Shown in pieces: positions 36,666 through 49,632 of a stretch of 64,000 nucleotides of DNA. The stretch spans positions 186,001 to 250,000 of the forward strand of contig NIVC01000622.1 of NCBI GenBank assembly GCA_002269645.1, given 5' to 3'. A model generated the notes under the pieces. The model was not told the DNA's origin and searched no databases. It saw only the letters and a program-made list of their open reading frames with translations. The translations under genes were made by a program, and so were the position numbers. Within the stretch, counting starts at the first letter, position 1, and every line of letters starts with the position of its first letter. Source of the DNA: Macrostomum lignano (lineage: Eukaryota).

Positions 36666-37689
36666 AAGAAAATGGGAGTCAGTTAAAATAAATCCAATGT
36701 AGGGCTCAAATTAGGGAGCAGAGCTATAGTTTAAAAAATGGATAAATGATGAGTTGCTTTTATGAAGCAGTATCATATATTTTAGATTCTAGTCAAATCA
36801 TAAGATTATTATAATATTAATCATATACTTAAATTCTATACAAATACTTAAATCTGAAATAAAAGGTGTTCAACTTCATATGTATGCAAGCTTATTCATT
36901 TGGCAAGTGCGTTTTGCCCCCCCCTCCTCATCGCTAATAGCTGGTGCTAATAGTTAAGCACTGTTTGATTTTCTCATCTGCGATATTTGACTACTCCAAT
37001 TCAGGAGAGGGGGGGGTTAACTTGCCGCTGTGCAGCCCGGGTCGATAATGCATAATTGGCATAATTTGCCAACCAAACCTGGCCGATGTAATGTGCACTT
37101 TAATGAGTAGCACCCTGGGAGTTTGGCAGGTGCACCGCGTGTGTGTGTGCCGTACGGATAAATTTAGAGGAGAATAATAAAATAAAAATACTATGAATTA
37201 TCATTATTGGTCCTTACGCGCGGGGTGTCCGGTGGTCCGGGTTGGCCACTGGATCTGCGTATATATTAGCTCCATATTATAAAATATAAAAAACTCTTAA
37301 ATAGCTTCGTAGTGCCCGAGGAATATAGTTAAACGGGATAATTTATGGACTTCCTGGCAAGGCGAGACTCGCCCTTCTTCCCACAGTATTAGCTTTCTTC
37401 TTCTTGGCTATCCCTGACTGTCTCTCTTTCGACTGGATATCTTAATTTCCAATAAAACCAAGAAAACGTACCATTTCTTTTGTAAGAGTTCTCTTTGTGT
37501 ACACGTGCTTGGTTTTTTAGCTTGGTTAACTGTTTTTGAACCAAGTTTCATTGTAACCATATTTGCAAATATGACAACAGACCTCAAAAAGGACCTCCGA
37601 AGACTGTATGTCGTTGAAACAGCTTTTCGGGTTATAATTATCTTATATGTTGAAGCAAGCATCAAATAAGTGCTGCAATATTATTTGTT

Positions 37690-38500
37690 GCGATCACAGA
37701 TAATTAGCACATCATAAATGACGTCAGATGTTGTTGCAATCGCGGATAACTAGCACACCATAAATGACGTCAGATTTTTTTGCAATTACGGATAACTAGC
37801 ACATCATAAATGACGTCAGATTTTTTTGCAATTACGGATAACTAGCACATCATAAATGACGTCAGATTTTTTTGCAATTACGGATAATTAGCACATTATA
37901 AATGATGTAAGATTTTGTTGCAATCGCGGATAACTAGCACACCATAAATGACGTCAGATGTTGCAAATAAGGATAATTAGCACATCATAAATGACGTCAG
38001 ATGTTGTTGCAATCGCGGATAACTAGCACACCATAAATGACGTCAGATGTTGCAAATAAGGATAATTAGCACATCATAAATGACGTCAGATGTTGTTGCA
38101 ATCGCGGATTATTAGCACATTATAAATGATGTAAGATTTTGTTTCAATCGCGGATAATTAGCACCCCATAAATGACGTAAAGATATTATTGCAATCGCGG
38201 ATAATTAGCACACCATAAATGACGTCAGATGTTGCAATTAAGGATAATTAGCACATTATAAATGATGTAAGATTTTGTTGCAATCGCGGATAATTAGCAC
38301 CCCATAAATGACGTCAAATGTTGTTGCAATTATCGGTCGCAAGAAAATCGGTCCAGCCGTTTTTGCTAAAATCGATCACATACCCACATACCTACCGACA
38401 GACCATTTTTAGTATATGGAGATAACTGACGTCAGATGTTTTTGCAATCGCGGATAATTAGCACATTATAAATGATGTAAGATGTTGCATTCGCGGACAA
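37690..38500. repeat. About 46-bp minisatellite GGATAATTAGCACATCATAAATGACGTCAGATGTTGTTGCAATCGC
   Basis: About 16 copies, interrupted at about 38336-38423. Confidence 0.93.
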
Positions 38501-39254
38501 GCAAAACATTACACGGAACTCAGTAGTTGAAGCATACGTCAGATAAAGAAGCACAATAACTACACCGGATGCTGTTGCAATCTCTCAAATTGACACTAGA
38601 TAGACCGACCTAGCGCTAAGTACCATCATATAGCAACTCAGTTTGTTGAAAAAAATTACTGAAACATCACATACTGCCGAGACAGTCCAGACGCTTCTGG
38701 CCTATGATAACTTGGCAATAACTTCGATCGCAGCTTTGTGGACTGTTGCAACGGCACAGATATTTTTATGCTGATAACTTCGGCTCGGCAGAACTTTGAA
38801 ACTCTATCCGACACACATTGTCGAGAGTCTGTCCCGCCGTGTTCTAACACACTTGCGCTTCTGCTGCTAGCCCGGTCTGGGCTATATAAGTGTGCCTTCC
38901 CTCATCCTTGACCCCCGCCTCTACTTTCATTATTCATGCTAAATTTGTTCCTCTTTTGCCCCGGCTCCAGCCTTCAGTGGTCTGTCTCGATTATTTTCCT
39001 ACACATCGGCAATAGCAGAAACAACAACAGCTAGCTGGCGTCCACCATTCGCCCCCTCCCACTGTATCCTGCTGTTAAATATTTAATTTGACAGAATAAT
39101 TTTATCTATATAATATTACTTACATGTGAAAGGCTTTTCTGGAATTCATTCTGTTATGCTTTCAGCTTTGACTGTCGAGCGCGCCCCTATTCTTTCATGC
39201 TGTCTGCTTGCTTTTCTATCTTCTGGCGATACATTTCTGAAAAAAAGTGCAGCT

Positions 39255-39500
39255 TTTCTTGAAAGACGGGGGGTTCGATTCTTGACTCACTCGGAGCAAT
39301 TTGTGCCCTTAAGAAAGATTCTTAACTCTGCATTGCTTCAGTTCAACCAGTTGTAAAATGGGTGCCAGCGTTAGCTGGGGTAATTTAGGGTATGTGTGGC
39401 GATCCATCAGTCCTTGGACTGAACAGCTTTCAGATGCGCCGCGCAATAGCTGCAGCTGAGCTGTCGGTTCCACATCTGGCCCAATTGAGGCAGGTGTAAT
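39255..39500 (+). mobile_element. tRNA-headed CORE-like SINE copy
   Basis: B box GGTTCGATTC at about 39272; core TTAACTCTGCATTGCTTCAGTTCAACCAGTTGTAAAATGGGTGCC shared with 61450-61580 (-); 3' body shared with 29380-29610. Confidence 0.75.
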
Positions 39501-40699
39501 CAATTATTATTTAGCGAAGAAGTCACACTGTTGCCCGCCAATGTCTAATTTAACGCCCACCCTAACTTGATGTCTCATACCTGAATCTAATGCTCTAATT
39601 TCCTAATTTTGCCCTTCAACTCTTCATAGTTAATGCGCCAACCCCACTGTAAATGTGACGTTGAAATCCTCAATTTAAATGTGCCTCTTGTCTCTTCCTA
39701 ACGGACTCAAAAAGGGTTTCACATCTTGCAAAATGTGTGAAAACCCAAAAGGAAATTGGATTTTCCGTTGTCTTTTAAAGAAACAGCAAGCATTGCCCAG
39801 GTATTTTGAGCGGGGATGATCTGAGTGGCCTTTGATTAGCTAGTGGATAATTGGATCTCAAATTTGAGCAGTTTAATGAGTCCCTTGGTCATAATAACTT
39901 CTACTAGGCGTTGAAGCTAGCTAATTCGAAAAAGTAAACAGTTGGAATATTGTTGCGCATATTTGTATTCTACGAACGCTCCGATTCCAAACATGGAATT
40001 TGGATGTGAATTATGATGCAGCAGCCACCTTCCGTGCAGCTGTGTTGCGAGGTCCCTATGGGAGTCGGACGCACACTGAATGGGCGTTTTTTATATGTGC
40101 CAAAATTAGACAAATTAGCTGGTGTTGCACACACATGCATACAAGCCTGCCATTATGCACTAATGTTGTTTTATGCGTTCCTATTTGTATCGCAGCTCCA
40201 CTGGAAATAATATAATCATATTTTATTCTAATTAATAATTTATTAGCCTGAAAAGAAGTCGCAACCACCTGATGTTCGCTCGCATTTTATGGTTCTGTTG
40301 GACAAGCCTCTCTTGGGTAGTTGCTATGGGAGAGCGGAAAAGTCTCAAAGATCTTTGGTAGTTTGTGTGACCTTTCCATCAACTAGTCCTAGGTGAATAA
40401 GATAGATAACTAGATGTATAATTTTTTGTATCTGTGTGTGCGTTCTGTAGCCTTGTGAATAATTTAAATTGAGTGTGCCCTAATGTTGACTGCCAAGTAG
40501 AGATGTGGAGTCTCATATCATGTATCGGTTTGATAATCAGTTTGCTCCACTGCTCTCGCTTCTCTGCATGCCAACTTAACTTGGTCTCAGCCCTGAGAAA
40601 TAGTAAAGGAAGGATTATATAGTTTACAGTAGACATGACTAAGCTTTTGTAATGCAAGTGTACATGTAACTTACAGGGTAGAAGGGAGGGCCAGCTATG

Positions 40700-41445
40700 G
40701 AGGGTAAAGAGATGGCAAGATACTGAGGGTAAATAGAGGGTAAGATATTGATGGTAAAGAGAGGGTAAGATATTGATGGTAAAGAGAGGGTAAGATATTG
40801 ATGGTAAAGAGAGTAGACACGGGGTGTAAAGATGGTATACACGGAGGGTGTAAAGATGGTATACACGGAGGGTGTAAAGATGGTATACACGGAGGGTGTA
40901 AAGATGGTATACACGGAGGGTGTAAAGATGGTATACACGGAGGGTGTAAAGATGGTATACACGGAGGGTGTAAAGAGGGTAGACACGGGGGTGTAAAGAT
41001 GGTATACACGGAGGGTGTAAAGGGGGTAGAGACAGAGGGTGTAAAGAGGGTAGACACGGAGGGTGTAAAGAGGGTAGACGCGGAGGGTGTGAAGAGGGTA
41101 GACACGGAGGGTGTGAAGAGGGTAGACACGGAGGGCGTGAAGAGGGTAGACACGGAGGGTGTGAAGAGGGTAGACACGGAGGGTGTGAAGAGGGTAGACA
41201 CGGAGGGTGTGAAGAGGGTAGACACGGAGGGCGTGAAGAGGGTAGACACGGAGGGTGTGAAGAGGGTAGACACGGAGGGTGTGAAGAGGGTAGACACGGA
41301 GGGTGTGAAGAGGGTAGACACGGAGTGTGTAAAGAGGGTAGACACGGAGGGTGTGAAGAGGGTAGACACGGAGGGTGTAAAGAGGGTAGACACGGAGGGT
41401 GTGAAGAGGGTAGACACGGAGTGTTTAAACAGGGTATACTCGGAG
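40700..41445. repeat. 24-bp minisatellite GTAGACACGGAGGGTGTGAAGAGG (three graded variants)
   Basis: About 30 copies. Confidence 0.94.
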
Positions 41446-43144
41446 GGTGTAGTCTCAGAGTGTAGACTCGAAACTGAGCCCGAAGAAGCTAGGGATGTAG
41501 ATAGAAAATCATTCTTTAAATAATGAACAATAATTAATCCATTTTTCCTAGAAAATCTGCAATTTCTGCCACAATCAATTTTAAAATTGACTTCCATTGG
41601 TTAGTCAGATTTGCAAGACAATGAAATTTACTCTTCAAATTGTCAATGGAATTATCTTAAACATGCGGGACCTGTTCGACCCGTATGTGAGCTTTGATAA
41701 ATTATACAATAATTCTAAATATTGGGCAATTTTCCAGCATTTCTCTCTCTTTCAAAAGTCCCTCCCTCCCAAATCCGTCCCCTTATAGAAGCAGATATTT
41801 GAGCAATAACGGGATAACAGGCCTATCTGTTCTACCCCGCATTGCAGGGCGGATAATTTGCCGAGAAAATCTATCTATCGCCATCAGCCAGCCTCTTTTT
41901 ATCGTAGTAGACGAGTCTTCATGAGCTCTGCCTGTCTGTCTGTCTTCTGCTTCGGGCTTTAATCAATTCTCAGGCGACTATGAGTCCTTTCTAGCCTTTC
42001 TTTCCACTTTCTACCCCACAGCAGGACCCTTTTGGACTGTATTATATAAAAAAAGTTTCAAATTTGAGTATCGGCTTCTTTGGACAGGAGCTGAAATCGG
42101 ATCTCGTTGACACTGAGCTGATTTTGAGCAAATGCTGCTTCATTCTGATTGATAAAAATCGTCTTTTTGGGAGGGGTGGGGGGCTAAAGACACTGACTGA
42201 TGCCTGAAAATGAGATTAATTTGATTTTTCTGAACTTTATTATTAAAGCTACTCTGTTCGGTGCTCTACCAGGTAACTGAGTATTTTTTAATATTTCTAT
42301 AAGTTTATGAGTTAATAGTTGACTTTATCCATGTTTTAACAGTTTTTAATATTTGTTTATGTTTTAATACACTTAGAATTGCCGTCGGAGAGCTTATTGC
42401 TATTAGCCCTGTTAAATAAAATGACACAGTGGCTTGCTCTGAGTCTGAAAAAGTGCTCAGAATTTGCTGATTTCTCATCGCCATGGAAACGTGTGCGTGT
42501 ATGTTTAACATTTGGACGAAATCCATTGATTCTTGGTCACATTGTGCTGAAGTGAAATATTATTTTTGCTTCATTATCGGCGAAAAATGAAGACGATAAT
42601 TTTTAGGCCCTAATTGGGACAGCCGACAGAGAATCAGGACGCAAGCAGAGTTACGGTTTCCGGCCCTAATCAATCGATTTTTGGATCGATATTTTTTGCC
42701 TATGGTTTTTTTTTCTTTTCGCCTGCAGATTAACTCATGCACTTAAAAGTTTCGGTTAGTTAGTTGGCAAATTATTACGAAATCATTAATTGGATTATTG
42801 TTACAGAATTTAGGTATTAATAAAACTACTTGGTGTCTTGAAGCTTGCTCTTGATGCAAGTTCCGTCGGTGACCAATAGGTCAGGAGGGCTCTGGCTTAA
42901 ACAGCTCCTTTTTCTTCTCTTTCAAACCCGGCTGCTTCGTTAGCGCGCGAGTCAATGATGGTTGGAGGGTGGATGTGGCGGGAGGTGCCTGAGGATGCAG
43001 TGGAGATGCTGTGACCGGCAGTTCCTTTTACACGCGTTTCGCATCCGGCTGATTCTTAATGTCCGCGTCCTTGTAGTCAGCTGCGCCATGGAGTGCTGGA
43101 GCTAGTGCTTGGACTGTCTAAATTGTCATAGAGTATCTGTTTGG

Positions 43145-43341
43145 TCGGTCTGTCTGTCTGTCTGTTTTAGTGTCTGTCTGACTGTGTGTCTTGTCTGACT
43201 GTGTGTCTGTCTGTCTGTCTGTGTGTGTCTGTCTGTCTGTGTGTCTGTCTGTCTGTCTGCCTGTCTGTCTGTCTGTTTTAGTGTCTGTCTGTCTGACTGT
43301 CTGTCTGTCTGACTGTCTGTCTGCCTGTCTGTCTGTCTGCC

Positions 43342-43392
<51 letters not shown>

Positions 43393-43405
43393 GTGTCGGT
43401 CAGAA

Positions 43406-43440
<35 letters not shown>

Positions 43441-43483
43441 GTGTCTGTCTGTCTGTCTATCTGTATGTTTGCCTGTGTCTTAG

Positions 43484-43544
<61 letters not shown>

Positions 43545-43605
43545 GCCTGTCTGTCTGTCTGTCTGTCTGTCTTTGTCTCTATCTATTTGTATATCTATCT
43601 AACAG
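43145..43605. repeat. (TCTG)n microsatellite
   Basis: Direct reading. Confidence 0.96.
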
Positions 43606-44559
43606 AAGTTATGATTATTATAGTAGAGGATAGCACAGAGGCTGTACGCGGTAAGAGTTTTTAGTACTCCAAGCTCTGGTTCAAAGTCTTCCCTGGCTAT
43701 GCTGTCCCCCAGACTCCTCCTCATCAGTTCTGAGTTGAATAGATTTTTTCAGCTACTCTTCGGCAAGCGGCTACCAAAGCTTTTTATTCACGCGGACTAG
43801 AATAGACTTCTTCTTCTAGAGGCAGGGTGAAGGAGCCAAGGCGCATTTCGGTTTGTCGCTGCATCAGTGCCGGATTATTATTAGAAGCTTTTTGTTTTTC
43901 TTCTATTAAACTTGAGCAAACAGGGGTCCTCGTAAAGTGATTTAGTTCAACCTTGCTCAGGGACTGTTATGGCTATTGGACTAGAAACCTAGACTGCCGG
44001 ATTTATCAAAGAATTGCTAACCATTCCATAAGGGTTGGTCCAAATTTTAAAGTGATTTGTAACGAAGAATTTTTATTATAGCAGTTTTCGAAGGTTAAGC
44101 TAAGTTGGTAGGGGTTAGCACGCCACTGAATATGCGGGTTACTATCTATATGAGTCCCTATATGAATTCATAGTTGTCTAGGTAGTGGCCTCTCCCAGTC
44201 CATCGACCCGATCCAGAGGTCCACAGCCCAGACTTTGTGACCACTGGGCTTATACTTTTTGCTACATCTTTCTTATACACATGGGATTGAATTGTTTTGC
44301 TTCTAAACAGACCTGGTTACCCCAGTGCCCAGCCTTGTGCCAATAAGTCCTCTCATTCCCCTTGAGCTTGCAAGCTCAAATCTTTTGTTTGAATTTCAGT
44401 TTTGTTTGACTTGATCTGTTAGTTTTATTGAACCAGTTTGGGTGTCTTTGGATAAGTTGATTAGGTTTTGATTAAAATTCAAACTCATAACTTTATTATC
44501 CTGCCTCATGGTGCTGATGGAATTGCTATCCTGTATGCATTTTTGTCCGCTTATCCACC

Positions 44560-45155
44560 GGAAACTTCAGATCCTGAAGCCATACACTCCAGTATAACAG
44601 TGGCATTATTGCCTCTGAAACTTCAGGTCCTGAGGCTACCCGCTCCAGTATAAAAGCAACTAGAAGGCCTCGAAACTTCAGGGCCTGAGGCTACCCACTC
44701 CAGTATAAAAGCAACTAGAAGGCCTCTGAAACTTCAGGGCCTGAGGCTACCCACTTCAGTATAAAAGTATAAAAAGGCCTCTGAATCTTAAGGGCTGAGG
44801 CTACCCACTCCAGTATAAAAGCAACTAGAAGGCCTCTGAAACTTCAGGGCCTGAGGCTACCCACTCCAGTTTAAAAGGCCTCTGAAACTTCAGGGCCTGA
44901 GGCTACCCACTCCAGTTTAAAAGGCCTCTGAAACTTCAGGTCCTGAGGCTACCCACTCCAGTATAAAAGGCCTCTGAAACTTCAGGTCCTGAGGCTACCC
45001 ACTCCAGTATAAAAGGCCTCTGAAACTTCAGGTCCTGAGGCTACCCACTCCAGTATAAAAGTATACAAAAGGCCTCTGAAACTTCAGGTCCTGAGGCTAC
45101 CCACTCCAGTATAAAAGTATACAAAAGGCCTCTGAAACTTTAGGGCCTGAGGCTA
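44560..45155. repeat. About 46-bp minisatellite GGCCTCTGAAACTTCAGGTCCTGAGGCTACCCACTCCAGTATAAAA
   Basis: About 11 copies. Confidence 0.92.
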
Positions 45156-45232
45156 ATTACTCTAATTTATGAGCTTCGCAAAACTAGAAGCTTTATTAAA
45201 ATGCTATTGTTTTCATTCCCACACATTGGCAG

Positions 45233-45352
45233 ATGCAAGTGACCGTATCTCAAATCAAACTGATCTTCAACATTGAAGTTGGACCAAAAACTGTGCCAAT
45301 GCTTATTCTGGAAAGTAAAGTGACCGGCACAATGACTAACTGGTCCGCTAAT
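45233..45352 (+). CDS. VPS13: VPS13 exon (MQVTVSQI...EVGPKTVPMLILES...NWSAN)
   Basis: Acceptor ttggcag/, donor AAT/gtaagt; 40 codons. Confidence 0.92.
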
Positions 45353-45364
45353 GTAAGTTCTTTG

Positions 45365-45478
45365 TTTAATGTGTATCCTGCATTCTATCTCACATTCTAT
45401 CCTGAATTATATCTCACATTATATCCTGCATTCTATCTCACATTATATCCTGCATTCTATCTCACATTATACCCGCAG
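45365..45478. repeat. 24-bp repeat TATCCTGCATTCTATCTCACATTA filling a 126-nt intron
   Basis: 4 full copies plus a modified fifth start that carries the acceptor. Confidence 0.9.
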
Positions 45479-45601
45479 TCGGAGCTCACCCTCACGATAG
45501 ACACAGAGATGGCCTACTACAACGAGGCGCATGACTACTGGGAGCCATTCCTGGAGCCAGTGGACCTGCAACCACCGAGGCCGTTCCAACTGGTCTTCCA
45601 G
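45479..45601 (+). CDS. VPS13: VPS13 exon (SELTL...AYYNEAHDYWEPFLEPV...VFQ)
   Basis: Acceptor cccgcag/, donor CAG/gtgagc; YYNE..WEP signature. Confidence 0.93.
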
Positions 45602-46084
45602 GTGAGCCAACGTGCTGTCTGCTTTCCTGCCCTAACTGCATTATCCCTATTCACTGTGCATGCTTCATAGCTTTGATTGCTGAAAGTTATTTAGTAATTG
45701 AATCTTTGTACAATTTCGCTAGTTTGGACTCTCTTTGAGCTCGGTGCCTGTGCTCCACTGCTCCTGTCCTTGGCCATTTTCACCCGGAAATCATTAGTGG
45801 CGTAATTGGACCGTTTTCTTTGGGAATTCCGGTATTTCTTGAAGATTTGCCCGCAAGGACAAAGGAAAGCAGTGCAGGAAAAAAGTGGACTTGGTTTTCT
45901 TCGCTCTGTCACGCTAACCATGAAATAAGTTAACAAAGATGGCCGAGTATTGCGTAACTTTTAGGGCTCTGATGATGACTGACCGTGACAGTTGCTGGTC
46001 AATTAGGCCGTCTATTGTTCCTGGGTTTTTATCTATTTTGATTGACGGATCATCACTCATCTTCGGCCTCTCATTGGCTCTTTA

Positions 46085-47040
46085 CCTCTCTCACCTGTCT
46101 CTCCCTCACCTCTCTCCCTCTCACCTGTCTCTCTCCCTTCTCACATGTCTCTCTCCCTCACCTCTCTCTCCCTCTCACATGTCTCTCTCCCTCTCACCTG
46201 TCTCTCTCCCTCTCACCTGTCTCTCTCCCTCACGTCTCTCTCCCTCTCACCTGTCTCTCTCCCTCACGTCTCTCTCCCTCTCACCTGTCTCTCTCCCTCA
46301 CCTCTCTCTCCCTCTCACATGTCTCTCTCCCTCTCACCTGTCTCTCTCCCTCACGTCTCTCTCCCTCTCACCTGTCTCTCTCCCTCACCTCTCTCTCCCT
46401 CTCACATGTCTCTCTCCCTCTCACCTGTCTCTCTCCCTCACGTCTCTCTCCCTCTCACCTGTCTCTCTCCCTCACCTCTCTCTCCCTCTCACATGTCTCT
46501 CTCCCTCTCACCTGTCTCTCTCTCTCACCTGTCTCTCTCCCTCACCTGTCACCCTTCCACCTCTCACGTGTCTCTCTCCCTCTCACCTCTGGTCCTCTCA
46601 CCTCTCCCCTGTCTTCATCTCACCTCTCTCACCTGTCTCTCTCTCTTCCCCTCACCTGTCTCTCCCTCTTCCCCTCACCTGTCTCTCTCTCCCCCTCACC
46701 TGTCCCCCTCTCACCTTTACCCTGCCACCCTCTCACCTCTCACCTGTCAGCCTCTCACCTCTCACCTGTCAGCCTCTCACCTCTCTACCCTGTCTTCTCC
46801 CTCTCACCTCTCTACCCTGTCTCCCTCTCACCTCTCTACCCTGTCTCCCTCTCACCTCTCTACCCTCTCTCCCTCTCACCTCTCTACCCTGTATCCCTCT
46901 CACCTCTCGCTCTCACCTGTGTCTCTCTCACCTGTCTTTCTCTCACCTCTCTTACCTGTCTCTCTCCCCTCACTTGTCTCACTTGTCTTTCTCCCTCTCA
47001 CACCTCTCTCTCCCTCTCACCTCTCTCTCTCACCCGCTCC
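46085..47040. repeat. CT-rich minisatellite TCTCACCTGTCTCTCTCCC (reverse complement of the GAGACAGGTGAGA core)
   Basis: Direct reading. Confidence 0.9.
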
Positions 47041-48057
47041 TTTCTTCCCAATAGCCTTTAAAAGCCAATTGTCCGGCTTTCACTGCCAAACGTTGTTGTC
47101 ACCGAAATTCCATTGATTTGCACTACAAGCACAGTAGTCCCCAACCGAAAATATTGGACATAAATAATACAAAATGACTGACAGCCAGTTGGACAGTTAA
47201 ATTTAGTTGCCGTTTTAAATTCACTAAGCTGTCGGGCTGCTACACCATGGACGCAAATTTTCGGAATGCATGCCAGTTGCTGTATTTGAAATTTGGACCG
47301 GGGTAAAAAAAGTTGAAGTTAAACAAAAACGCTTAACAGCTAAGGGTGAAATTGTGTTGATTGCTGGGCGGCCCCGCGGAAGGTATGGTGGATGATTGAG
47401 GGGGTTGGGGGTTGGGGGGGGGAGGCTACTTACCTAGGGCAGCTAGTCATTAAATCTAAATGCCAAGCTCTTGCTTCTAGTGGCAGCAAGCGTAATAGAG
47501 AGAGAGAGAGGGAGAGTGGAGAAAGGCATTTAGTAGAATCGGCTCCCAGACTCACATGCCTATTGTTTCAAGCCATCATCATTGTTCTATTCTCGGAGCG
47601 GCTTAACTAGCTTTATGCACTTGCGTTTTCAGCAACTTTGCGTGTCATGGCTTGTTGCTACCCGCAACTCATTTTTCTTAGCAGCACAACGCGCTTCTCT
47701 TAACATGCAGGTTTTTTAATGAGACCCAGCTATGGCATTCATTCCTGTAGCACTCACTGTTCCTGCATTTCTGTTCCTGCACAGTGTCATGTGCTTTTTC
47801 CCACCGCCGATCTTCTTCTGCTGTTGCTGCTGCTGCTGCATGGCGCCAGCAACAGTTTAATCAATGCATTGTTAGGGGTGGCCACTTGCGCCATTAAAGT
47901 AAAGTGTCTGCGCTCACTCTCAGCTCTTCCTCCCTTTCTCCCCTGCTGTCTACCCCTCTTCCTCTCTTTCTCTCTCCTCCCCCTTTCCCTCTCTTTCTCA
48001 ATCCCTCTCTCTCTCTCTCATTCTCTTTCTCTCTACCTCCCTCTCTCCCTCTCCCTC

Positions 48058-48059
48058 TC

Positions 48060-48128
<69 letters not shown>

Positions 48129-48179
48129 CACAGACAGATAGACAGACAGATAGACAGACACACAGACAGACAGACACTA

Positions 48180-48226
<47 letters not shown>

Positions 48227-48249
48227 TAGACAGCCAGACAGACGGACAC

Positions 48250-48308
<59 letters not shown>

Positions 48309-48327
48309 CACAGACAGACAGACACTA

Positions 48328-48380
<53 letters not shown>

Positions 48381-48397
48381 GCCAGACAGACGGACAC

Positions 48398-48428
<31 letters not shown>

Positions 48429-48433
48429 CACAC

Positions 48434-48492
<59 letters not shown>

Positions 48493-48560
48493 GGCAGGCA
48501 GACAGACAGACAGACAGACAGACAGACGGATAGACGGACACTCTGACAGACAGACAGACA
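48058..48560. repeat. (CAGA)n microsatellite
   Basis: Direct reading. Confidence 0.96.
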
Positions 48561-48647
48561 AACGAATAAATGTTTTAGTAAATATAAATGTTAGTCTGAG
48601 TCATATATTGCATATGTAAATACTGTATTAATACGATTAAATTCCAG

Positions 48648-48797
48648 TTCATCGTGAACGAGGACTTCGTCTTAATTGACCCGGACATGGAGACGCCCGT
48701 AATCCAGCCAAAGACTGTGCTGTCAGTGACCTCGGTCGATCCGCTCGAGCTGACGCTGACTCGAACCAGCCTGGCCATGCTCAACACGCTCAGTCAG
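48648..48797 (+). CDS. VPS13: VPS13 exon (FIVNED...DPLELTLTRTSLAMLNTLSQ)
   Basis: Acceptor attccag/, donor CAG/gtgaag; 50 codons. Confidence 0.9.
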
Positions 48798-49149
48798 GTG
48801 AAGTTTATTTTTCGAAATTCTCTTGCTTTTTTGACTACTATCAGTAGCCATAGTAGTTTTCTATTGATTTTCAAGTATGATCTTTTATTAATGTAATCCC
48901 ACAATTCCCCACTCTAAAGCTAAACGATGAAACTTAAATTGCAACTTAAACCTATCATAAAGGCATCGAAAAAGTCAAATTAAAGCCCAAATAGCTCTGG
49001 CTCTCATTTTTAAATCTAGTCTAGGCTAGGCACTACATACCATCCTCAAACCCACACCACGACCCAACCTAAATTCTAAAGTCGAAAAGCTACACCAACT
49101 TAAGACTCAACCTAAATCTCATCATAAACACCCATCCTAAACCCATCAT

Positions 49150-49620
49150 ATAAATCCCAATCTTACAACCCAATATAAGACCCACCCTCAAACCCACCCT
49201 CAAACCCACCCTCAAACCCACCCTCAAACATATCCTCAAACCCATCCTCAAATCCACCCCCAAACCCATCCTCAAACCCATCCTCAAACCTATCCTCAAA
49301 CCCACCCTCAAACCCACCCTCAAACCCACCCTCAAACCCATCCTCAAACCTATCCTCAAACCCACCCTCAAACCCACCCCCAAACCCATCCTCAAACCCA
49401 TCCTCAAACCTATCCTCAAACCCATCCTCAAACCCATCCTCAAACCTATCCTCAAACCCACCCTCAAACCCACCCTCAAACCCACCCTCAAACCCACCTT
49501 CAAACCCACCCTCAAACCCAACCTCAAACCCACCCTCAAACCCAATCTAAAACCCAACCCAAACCCACCCTCAAACCCACCCTCAAACCCAATCTAAAAC
49601 CCAACCCAAACCCACCCAAC
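49150..49620. repeat. 12-bp minisatellite AAACCCACCCTC
   Basis: About 35 copies. Confidence 0.94.
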
Positions 49621-49632
49621 CAACTCTCCCAG

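Noticed and set aside
38883-38890. TATATAAG as TLR promoter
   Set aside because: Better TATA on the plus strand (wrong direction for the TLR); no independent support
41811-41821. GGGATAACAGG, resembling an LSU rRNA / I-SceI site
   Set aside because: Only 11 nt; flanks show no rRNA similarity
41600-44150. Coding-like fragments with stops on the minus strand (41.6-42.0, 42.9-43.1, 43.6-44.1 kb)
   Set aside because: May be decayed transposon ORFs, but I recognise no RT, transposase or endonuclease motif
45969-46010. CTGATGA hammerhead ribozyme core (also minus strand 43721-43727)
   Set aside because: No GAAA after a stem II and no stems I/III found
45939-48561. Leu/Ser/Pro-rich and RQTD ORFs
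   Set aside because: CT-rich repeat and (CAGA)n; no coding signal
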